Assembly: GCA_038043285.1 (NCBI GenBank)
Contig: JBBTCJ010000036.1
Span: 26,822 to 90,821, forward strand
Length of the DNA: 64,000 bases
Origin: Planctomycetota bacterium
Lineage (GTDB): Bacteria; Planctomycetota; Phycisphaerae; UBA1845
Reading direction: 5' to 3'
Shown here: one piece after another, positions 54,161 through 61,258 of the stretch
Numbering within the stretch: the first letter of the stretch is position 1
How the letters are laid out: each line of letters starts with the position of its first letter
Translations under genes and position numbers: made by a program
Notes under the pieces: model-generated
What the model was told of the DNA's origin: nothing
Databases searched by the model: none
Seen by the model: the letters and a program-made list of their open reading frames with translations, nothing else

Positions 54161-55021
54161 CTACGACGGAACCACCTGCGTCATGTGCAACGCGCCGCGC
54201 TGGCCGGCCATCTCCACGAACGCCTCCCACGCCTGCACGTCGGTGCTTCCCTCATGCACGATACTTCGGACCGCCTGGATCATCGACACCGGCCAATTCG
54301 ATTGGAAGATGTTCCGCCCCATGTCCACGCCGACGGCGCCCTCAGACACGGCGCGGTACGCCAGAAGCAAGGCCTCCCGCTCTTCAATCTTCTTCCCGCC
54401 CGCGATCACCACCGGAACCGGGCAACCCGCCACGACCTTCTCAAACCCCTCGCAATGATACGTTTTGACGATATGCGCCCCGAGTTCCGCCGCGATACGA
54501 CAGGCGAGACCCAGATAGCGCGCATCCCGCGTCATCTGCTTCCCCACCGCCGTCACCGCAAGCACCGGAATCCCGTACCGCTGTCCCTCGTCGCAGAGCC
54601 TCGCCAGGTTCGCCAGCGTCTGCTTCTCGTGCTCCGAACCGACGAAGATGGAGATCGCCAACGCCGAGGCGTTGACCCGGACTGCGTCTTCGATCGAAAC
54701 CGTCAGATCCTCATTCGACAAGTCATCCTGAAGGACGCTCGTCCCGCCGGAAACTCGAAGGACAATCGGGACGCGGCAATCCGGCGCGATGCAATTCCGC
54801 AGCACCCCCCGCGTCAACATCAGCGCGTCGGCAAAGGGCAGAAGCGGCGCGACCACTTTCCCCGGCTGCTCCAGACCGCTCGTGGGACCCTGAAAATAGC
54901 CGTGATCGACGGCCAACATCACGCACCGCCGCGTCGTCGGCGAGATGATGCCGGCCAACCGATTCTGCATTCCCCAGTCCATGGAGTAGTTCCAAACGCG
55001 GCTCGGGATGGCCGGGTGCAT
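54161..55021 (-). CDS. DhnA/LsrF-family class I aldolase
   Basis: Near-collinear similarity to E. coli LsrF as I recall it: DWGMQNRL...MLAVDHGYFQGPTSGLE...AHIVKTYH...VAGCPVPVVIAGGKK...GVDMGRNIFQS. The start is ATG 55021 or 54982. Confidence 0.85.
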   Translation of the reverse strand: MHPAIPSRVWNYSMDWGMQNRLAGIISPTTRRCVMLAVDHGYFQGPTSGLEQPGKVVAPLLPFADALMLTRGVLRNCIAPDCRVPIVLRVSGGTSVLQDDLSNEDLTVSIEDAVRVNASALAISIFVGSEHEKQTLANLARLCDEGQRYGIPVLAVTAVGKQMTRDARYLGLACRIAAELGAHIVKTYHCEGFEKVVAGCPVPVVIAGGKKIEEREALLLAYRAVSEGAVGVDMGRNIFQSNWPVSMIQAVRSIVHEGSTDVQAWEAFVEMAGQRGALHMTQVVPS

Positions 55022-55118
55022 CCAGTACGTCGTCGCCGCGATCTTCCCGACGGTCGCGGGCAGGCAGCCTACCGTTCGCGGGCGGACTTGCCAACCCGCG
55101 GCGACTCGCGGACAGCCA

Positions 55119-56678
55119 CTAACCTGAGGGTTCGCGGTCGCCGGAGCGCGAGATTTCGCGCAACTCCTCAAGACCAAGCAGTCGCCCCGCCACGCCGAAC
55201 GACGCCGCCCCGACCACAACGAGCACCACCACCTGCACCGACGCCATATCGCCCCAGATCCGTGGACCGACCCCGCGGAGGCTTACCAGGACCAGCGCGG
55301 CCAACATGACGGCCGCGGCCAGCGCCATCCGCACCACCACCTCGCCGAGCCGCGCCCAGGCAATCTGAGCCATCCGCCCCATCAGCACACGGATCAACCA
55401 ACAGACCTGCACGACGGCGCAGATGGACGTCGCCAGCGCCAACCCCCGCTCCTCCATCGGGAACACCAGAATCAGACTCAAGACTAGGTTCAACGCCACG
55501 GTCGCAGCCGCGACCCGCGCCGGCGTTCGGCTGTCATGCAGGGCGTAAAACGTTCGCGCCACCATGTGCTGCACGAAGTAAGCTGCGATCCCCATGCTGT
55601 AATACACCAGCGTCGCCGACACGCGAGCCGTATCCGAGACATCAAACTCTCCACGCTGATACAACGCCGCCACCAGCGGACGGGCGATGAACGCCAATCC
55701 GACGGACGACGGCAGGGCGATGAACAGCGAAAGCCGGACTCCGCGCTCGAACACCTCCGCCAACCCGTGGTAGTCTCCCGCGGCCGCTCGCGCCGAGAGC
55801 ACCGGGAAGCTCGCGGTCGCTATCGAAATCCCAAAGACTCCCAGCGGAAGTTGATAAAGGAACTGGGCGTAACCCAACACCGCCGGTCCGACGCGTTGCC
55901 CATCCTCGATCACAAACCAGTAAGCAATCAGACTGTCCATCAACGTGCTGATCTGGATCGCCGACAGCCCCAGCGCCATGGGCAGCATCAACGAAAACAC
56001 GCGTCGAAGTTGAGGATCGTGCCAGGACCACGCCAGCGTCGGAAAAAGCGATTCAAACCGCAGCGCCACCAGGGTGGCCGCGAGCTGCAACAACCCAGCC
56101 GCCAACGCCGCCGCACAGACGACGTACATCAGCGAACGCCCCGACAGCCCTCCATACCATCCCCCGCCGACCATCGCCGAAAGCATCAGCAGGTTGAGCA
56201 GGCTCGGAGCAGCAGCCGGAACGGCGAAGTGACCGCGGACGTGGAGCACGCCGCCGGCCACCGCCACCGCGCAAATCAGTGGACCGTAGGGCAGCAGGAT
56301 CGCCGTCAAGTCCACCACCAGGTCGTTCGTTGCGTCGCGCCAACAGAACAGACCGGCCTCCGCGGCGACGGTCAATCCTCCAAGCACGGCGAGCATGGCC
56401 GTCAGTACCACGCCGACGAATCGCCGCGATTCCGCCTCTCCGCGAGCTTGGAGACTCTCCGTCAGCACCGGAACCATCGCCGACGACAACGCCCCTTCGC
56501 CGAACATGCGGCGCGTGAGGTTGGGAATCTGAAACGCGATCCGGAACGCGGACAACAGCTCGCTGGTGCTGAAGAAATAGCTGAACATCGCTTCGCGCAG
56601 CAAACCCAGCACCCGCGAGAGGAGCGTCAGCGCCGCAATCAACCCAGCCGAAGATACGACTCGCCGCCCCAGCCCCAT
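55119..56678 (-). CDS. murJ: lipid II flippase MurJ
   Basis: LSRVLGLLREAMFSYFFSTSELLSAFRIAFQIPNLTRRMFGEGALSSAMVPVL plus about 14 TM segments. Confidence 0.9.
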   Translation of the reverse strand: MGLGRRVVSSAGLIAALTLLSRVLGLLREAMFSYFFSTSELLSAFRIAFQIPNLTRRMFGEGALSSAMVPVLTESLQARGEAESRRFVGVVLTAMLAVLGGLTVAAEAGLFCWRDATNDLVVDLTAILLPYGPLICAVAVAGGVLHVRGHFAVPAAAPSLLNLLMLSAMVGGGWYGGLSGRSLMYVVCAAALAAGLLQLAATLVALRFESLFPTLAWSWHDPQLRRVFSLMLPMALGLSAIQISTLMDSLIAYWFVIEDGQRVGPAVLGYAQFLYQLPLGVFGISIATASFPVLSARAAAGDYHGLAEVFERGVRLSLFIALPSSVGLAFIARPLVAALYQRGEFDVSDTARVSATLVYYSMGIAAYFVQHMVARTFYALHDSRTPARVAAATVALNLVLSLILVFPMEERGLALATSICAVVQVCWLIRVLMGRMAQIAWARLGEVVVRMALAAAVMLAALVLVSLRGVGPRIWGDMASVQVVVLVVVGAASFGVAGRLLGLEELREISRSGDREPSG

Positions 56679-56927
56679 GGGCGGAAGGCTAGGGTGTCGC
56701 GGCGTGCGGAACAAGAACCGTGGGGCACGTGCTCGCACCTGCCTTTACCATTCGCGGTGCCCACGGCGGGTAGTCGGGCAGATCATCGATCTACCACTGC
56801 GCGATGTCGGTGGAAGCAGCTGCCAGAAACTACCTTGACACCGTTTCCCGCGTTGGTCACGGACCAGCGGAGCCGCCCGAACCTGCCGGTTTGACGATCG
56901 GATTCGTTTTCGACACCATGCCTCGCC

Positions 56928-58214
56928 ATGAGGGTTCTGGTTCTTGGCAGTGGCGGGCGGGAACATGCGTTGGCGAAGTTCCTCGCCCAAAGCCCGCACG
57001 TCTCCCACGTGCTTTGTGCCCCGGGCAACGCCGGCACGGATGAAGTCGGCGAAAACGTCTCCGGCGACCTGTCCAAACTCGACTCCATGGTCGCCCTCGC
57101 CAAGGAACGCAACGTCGACTTGACCATCGTCGGGCCCGAAGCGCCCCTTTGTGCCGGAATCGTCGATCGTTTCCAGGCAGCCGGCCTCAGCATCTTCGGC
57201 CCCACGGCGGCTGCCGCTCGCATCGAAGGCGACAAGGCCTACGCCAAGCGATTGATGAAACGGGCTCACGTTCCGACCGCCGAGGCACGAATCTTCGATC
57301 GTTACAACGAGGCCCGCGACTACGTGGCCACGCGCGATGCGGGGGTGGTCGTCAAGGCCTCCGGTCTTGCGGCTGGGAAAGGCGTTGTCGTCTGCCCCGA
57401 ACCCGCCGAGGCGCTGGTCGCTTTAGAGCAGATCATGCTCCACCGCCAATTCGGCGACGCCGGCGGCACGGTGGTCGTCGAGGAGATCCTCAGGGGCCAG
57501 GAGCTGTCCATCCACGCGTTTGTGGACGATCGGACGATCTATGTGCTCGATTCCGCCCAGGACCACAAAGCCGTCGGCGACGGCGACGTCGGCCCCAACA
57601 CCGGCGGCATGGGCGCCTACAGCCCGGCCCCCATCGCCACGGATGACGTCCTCCGGATCGTTGAGCGGGAGGTTCTTGTCCCCATTGTCGACGCCCTCCG
57701 CGGCGAAGGATCGCCGTATCGCGGCGTCCTCTACGCCGGGCTGATGCTCACGCCCGCCGGTCCCAAAGTGCTGGAGTTCAATTGCCGATTCGGCGACCCG
57801 GAAACGCAGGTTCTCCTCAGTCGCTTGGATTGCGATGTTTTTGAACTCCTCAGCGCCGTCGTGGATGGACGACTCGACCAAGCCGAGGTGCGATGGAAAA
57901 GCGATTCTGCCGTCTGCGTGGTCATGGCTTCAGGCGGTTACCCCGGAGACTACCAGAGAGGTAAGCGCATCGAAGGATTGGATCGGGCATCCGCCCTACC
58001 TGGCGTCCACGTGTTCCACGCGGGCACGCGGCGTCAGGGGAGCGAGGTCGCAAGCTCCGGCGGGCGGGTGCTGGCCGTCACCGCGCTGGGATCCACCATC
58101 GCCGACGCCAAGCTCCGCGCCTACGAAGCCGTTGACATGATTCATTTTGAGAAAGCCTTTTGCCGCCGCGACATCGCCGATAAGGCCATGAACGCAGCCG
58201 GCTCGCTGAAGTGA
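56928..58214 (+). CDS. purD: phosphoribosylamine--glycine ligase
   Basis: MRVLVLGSGGREHALA...VVKASGLAAGKGV...GPNTGGMGAYSP...EFNCRFGDPE. Confidence 0.95.
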   Translation: MRVLVLGSGGREHALAKFLAQSPHVSHVLCAPGNAGTDEVGENVSGDLSKLDSMVALAKERNVDLTIVGPEAPLCAGIVDRFQAAGLSIFGPTAAAARIEGDKAYAKRLMKRAHVPTAEARIFDRYNEARDYVATRDAGVVVKASGLAAGKGVVVCPEPAEALVALEQIMLHRQFGDAGGTVVVEEILRGQELSIHAFVDDRTIYVLDSAQDHKAVGDGDVGPNTGGMGAYSPAPIATDDVLRIVEREVLVPIVDALRGEGSPYRGVLYAGLMLTPAGPKVLEFNCRFGDPETQVLLSRLDCDVFELLSAVVDGRLDQAEVRWKSDSAVCVVMASGGYPGDYQRGKRIEGLDRASALPGVHVFHAGTRRQGSEVASSGGRVLAVTALGSTIADAKLRAYEAVDMIHFEKAFCRRDIADKAMNAAGSLK

Positions 58215-58224
58215 CCTTCCGTCG

Positions 58225-58347
58225 TTACAGCAGCAGCGGCCCCACGACGTAAAACACGTCCGCGAGCGAAGCCGCAACGCACCCGCCGAACTGCAGCACG
58301 ACCGCCCCGGTACACGCCAACGCGACAAACTCTGCAAAGCGCCTCAT
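58225..58347 (-). CDS. unannotated 40-aa hydrophobic mini-protein (MRRF family, copy 1)
   Basis: Hand translation gives MRRFAEFVALACTGAVVLQFGGCVAASLADVFYVVGPLLL*. AAGGAGAT lies 7 nt upstream of the ATG. Third positions are G/C-rich, and it is paralogous to the neighbouring ORF. Confidence 0.45.
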   Translation of the reverse strand: MRRFAEFVALACTGAVVLQFGGCVAASLADVFYVVGPLLL

Positions 58348-58413
58348 GCGCGTGATCTCCTTCTTAACTTCAGGCGTTCATGCCAAACGAACCCGCCAAC
58401 GAGTCCTCGACGC

Positions 58414-58551
58414 CTATTGCGCCAGCAGAAACGGCGTCGCGATGTTCAGCAGATACACCTCGACGCAACCCGGAAGAAACGCCAAAACCCCGCCCACCGC
58501 CGCCAATGCGGACCACCGATAGAACTTTCGCGCCACGCCGAATCTCCTCAT
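58414..58551 (-). CDS. unannotated 45-aa hydrophobic mini-protein (MRRF family, copy 2)
   Basis: The internal ATG of ORF 58414..58602 gives MRRFGVARKFYRWSALAAVGGVLAFLPGCVEVYLLNIATPFLLAQ*. It aligns with copy 1 through AL-A..G.V....GCV...P.LL. The SD is weak. Confidence 0.4.
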   Translation of the reverse strand: MRRFGVARKFYRWSALAAVGGVLAFLPGCVEVYLLNIATPFLLAQ

Positions 58552-58583
58552 CTTGGATGCGGGCTGGAGCATTCTCGCGTCCA

Positions 58584-58651
58584 GTGCAGCGTCGCCCCTC
58601 ATGGGCGGCGCTTCCAGAGCAGCGCCGCGGATAAACCGCGACGCTACACAA
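58584..58651 (+). repeat. repeat family C, copy 2 (68-bp imperfect palindromic element)
   Basis: GTGCAGCGTCGCCCCTCATGGGCGGCGCTTCCAGAGCAGCGCCGCGGATAAACCGCGACGCTACACAA. The termini GTGCAGCGTCGC and GCGACGCTACAC are inverted repeats, and the inner GCGGCGCT/AGCGCCGC also pair. Confidence 0.8.
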
Positions 58652-58665
58652 AAACGGATTCTGCC

Positions 58666-59712
58666 CTAGAAACTTACCACCGTGCTCACCGTCACGCGCT
58701 GCTCCTGCAACTGTTCGTCCGCCGATTCCAACGGAAACTCGTACGTCAGACCGACGTTTACGTTCTCCAGCGCCTGCCAGCGGAACCCTACGCCGGCCGA
58801 AAAGAAATCGCGCCCGCGAACGTCCGACGAGCCGAGGCTCCCGACGTCCAGGTAGTCGACGCTCAGCGGCAGACGGTCCGCATTGCTTAGCCAGTGAATG
58901 CCGTGCACCTCGATCAGCGGACGGAACGTCTCCGTCAGCTTGTAGTCCAGATGCAGGTTCCACACCAGGCTGTAGTTCGCGTCGTGATGATCGGTCGGAA
59001 GCCGACCGCTGACGGCGCCCAGGAAGTGCCACTGCTCCCACCCCTTGGCCAACGACACGAATGGACTCAGCTCCTGGCTGTCACCGCCCTGCAACGCGTC
59101 GCTCGAACCGTTGTTCCATTCCCAGCGCATCCCGCCGCTGACCAGGAACTGATCCTCCGGGCGGCTGTACAGCGCGTACTTCAGGCCCACGGCGAGGTCG
59201 TTCCATCCGTCGCCCGCGGGCGTGATGTGACTGTCCACCCACGAATAGCCGTCCTTGGTGGCGATCAACGCCAGACGCTCCGTCAGGGCCACGCGAATCT
59301 GCGCCGCCGCGACGTGAACCTGCCCCCCGCGCAACTGCGATCCGCCGGGGATTTGGTGATAGGCGTACAGCAACCGCAGATCGGTCGTAATGAACGGATC
59401 CTCAAAGTATACGAACATCCCGACCGGCATGACGAAATCGTCATACCCGGCCATCCCGGTCAGGAATCCCTTCCACGTCTTCGCCTCGGCGTCCTGCACC
59501 CACTGCGGGTGGTCTGACGACGACTTCGGCTCGACCTTCTGCACCGACGTACCGCCCTGCTTTCCTTCGATCGCCGACCCATCCCACGCCACGTACTTCG
59601 GCGCCAGCGACATGCCCGACGATGCCCGCGTCTCCCCGACCGCGGGGACCGCCGTTACCAGAAGCGCGGTGATAGTCCCCGCGCCCAATCTCATTGTATT
59701 CCGCGCATTCAT
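58666..59712 (-). CDS. outer-membrane beta-barrel protein (possibly MetA-pathway/'transporter'-like family)
   Basis: The ATG at 59712 is preceded by GAGGGA and gives MNARNTMRLGAGTITALLVTAVPAVG, a signal peptide. The sequence has an alternating beta-strand pattern and a C-terminal ...VTVSTVVSF (terminal Phe). The ORF track's 586-aa version is an upstream read-through artefact. Confidence 0.7.
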   Translation of the reverse strand: MNARNTMRLGAGTITALLVTAVPAVGETRASSGMSLAPKYVAWDGSAIEGKQGGTSVQKVEPKSSSDHPQWVQDAEAKTWKGFLTGMAGYDDFVMPVGMFVYFEDPFITTDLRLLYAYHQIPGGSQLRGGQVHVAAAQIRVALTERLALIATKDGYSWVDSHITPAGDGWNDLAVGLKYALYSRPEDQFLVSGGMRWEWNNGSSDALQGGDSQELSPFVSLAKGWEQWHFLGAVSGRLPTDHHDANYSLVWNLHLDYKLTETFRPLIEVHGIHWLSNADRLPLSVDYLDVGSLGSSDVRGRDFFSAGVGFRWQALENVNVGLTYEFPLESADEQLQEQRVTVSTVVSF

Positions 59713-59864
59713 GGTGAATCCCTCGATCCCAATAGGCACAGGCGAGATTGCCGGACGGACAGCGGCCCCCGAACAAGGCCGCGCCGACGCAGCGAACCGT
59801 TGATCGACCAGTAGACCCGTGCCGCTTGAGTCGATTTCGGGAAGATACCCTTCACTTGACGCGG

Positions 59865-61085
59865 CTAACTCGGCCCCATGCCGATCGAAGCCAGGGCATG
59901 GGCGACAGCCGCGGCGTGGAACCGTTCCATATCCTCCGGCGCCAGTCCGGCCTTGCCTCGAAGCTCCTCGACGTGTTGAGCGATCAACCCATTGTACTCC
60001 CGACGGAAAAGCAGGTCGGCGAGCTGCGGCTGGACGTTTTGAAAATCCGGTTCGAACCCGGGTTGCAGCTCGTCGCACCGAACGAGGAAGAAACTGTCCT
60101 GCGTTTCGACCACCTCGCTGATCTCCCCGCCGTTCAGTCGTTCCAGAGCCTGTAGGGCAGGAACAAAACGCTCGCGCACGCCGTCGCGGGTGACCCAACC
60201 CCATCTTCCGCCGTCCTGGGCATGGGAATCGTTCGAACATCGCCTCGCCAGGTCGGCAAATGCAGCCCCGCTCCTCAGTTCGGCCAACGCCGCCTGCGCC
60301 TTGACCCGGGCTTGTGCACGGGCTTCCTCCAACTGTTCGCGGGTCGGATCGGTGACCTCGGCGGAAAGGAGTGCACTGACGCGAACGTCGATGAGCGACA
60401 TGCTCCGTCGCGGGGTCGTCCGCCACTGCTCACGGCCTTCGATGAACGCAGCCCTAAGCTGGTCGCGCGTCGGCTCAGCCACTTTGGGCCTGATTTGCCC
60501 GTCCAAATAGGCCGTGATGACGAATTGACGCCGAATCGCCTTCCGCACTTCATCCAGCGTTCGACCTTCCGTCTCCAGACGTCGTTCGTAACGCCGCTGG
60601 ATTCCACCGAAGTCCTCGGAAACAGTCTTGCGGATTTCGGTATCGACGAGTTGGTCGATTCGCCTACCCATCGCCTCGTCCACCCGCGCCGCGGCGCGCT
60701 GGTATAAGAGGCTTTCAGCCACCTTGTCGGTAACCACTTGGGCGGATCGTTCCGCAACCTGTCGCCGAAAGTCGTCCGTCGCGAGAGACGCCTTGGCTTC
60801 CAATTCCTTACCACGCCCCTTCCAGACATCCTCGACGGTCAGCGTCTCGCCCAGGACCACCAGTCGTTCGGGCGAAGCTGAGCTGTTCGCCGCGGAACTT
60901 GCCGGAGCGCCGACTCCAGCGGCTGTCGCAGGCGACGAGCCGCCAATCCGCGACGCGTCGCCGATCGGTCCAAAGGGTGTCGGCGCTCCCCATCGGACCG
61001 GCGCGTCGCAGCCCAGCCAACTTGCACACGCGAAGGCAACGATAACGCCTCCTCGCACCCCACGTCGCCGACTTCCGCCACTCAT
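59865..61085 (-). CDS. SurA-like periplasmic chaperone / parvulin-type peptidyl-prolyl isomerase (probable lipoprotein)
   Basis: N-terminal VIVAFACASWLGC (lipobox-like), a SurA_N-like helical region, and a parvulin domain FADLARRCSNDSHAQDGGRWGWV...SEVVETQDSFFLVRCDE. Confidence 0.8.
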   Translation of the reverse strand: MSGGSRRRGVRGGVIVAFACASWLGCDAPVRWGAPTPFGPIGDASRIGGSSPATAAGVGAPASSAANSSASPERLVVLGETLTVEDVWKGRGKELEAKASLATDDFRRQVAERSAQVVTDKVAESLLYQRAAARVDEAMGRRIDQLVDTEIRKTVSEDFGGIQRRYERRLETEGRTLDEVRKAIRRQFVITAYLDGQIRPKVAEPTRDQLRAAFIEGREQWRTTPRRSMSLIDVRVSALLSAEVTDPTREQLEEARAQARVKAQAALAELRSGAAFADLARRCSNDSHAQDGGRWGWVTRDGVRERFVPALQALERLNGGEISEVVETQDSFFLVRCDELQPGFEPDFQNVQPQLADLLFRREYNGLIAQHVEELRGKAGLAPEDMERFHAAAVAHALASIGMGPS

Positions 61086-61123
61086 TCGTCGCTCCTGCTC
61101 ATGGTTAGAGCGGTTCTCTTTTT

Positions 61124-61200
61124 CGTGTGGCGTCGCGGTTTATCCGCGGCGCCCTCTCCCCGCGTCAAAGGCCACGCCGCCCATGAAGGGCGACGCTACG
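61124..61200 (-). repeat. repeat family C, copy 3 (77 bp, inverted orientation, larger central loop)
   Basis: GTGTGGCGTCGCGGTTTATCCGCGGCGC...CGCCGCCCATGAAGGGCGACGCTACGC matches the reverse complement of copy 2 at both arms. Confidence 0.8.
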
Positions 61201-61258
61201 CAAAAAACCGAAAACGCTCTAACCCTGGGCCATCGGCGTGGACCAGCTGCGCTGCGGT

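Noticed and set aside
56739-56927. Possible purine/ZTP-type riboswitch in the purD leader
   Set aside because: There is only a loose resemblance (GGTCACGGACC...CCGCCCGAAC). The conserved GGGUCGUGAC...CCGCCUGGGC cores of the ZTP motif and the purine-riboswitch junction are absent. The region is also a divergent promoter shared with murJ.
58666-60426. The 586-aa version of the outer-membrane protein ORF. Similar long N-terminal extensions appear on ORFs 14552..16438, 11243..11716, 11788..12363, 38989..40209, 37688..39226 and 54161..55219
   Set aside because: The extensions are Arg/Gly/Pro-rich read-through of intergenic DNA or of the neighbouring gene. Internal ATGs preceded by SD sequences reproduce the canonical family N-termini, so the shorter coordinates were used.
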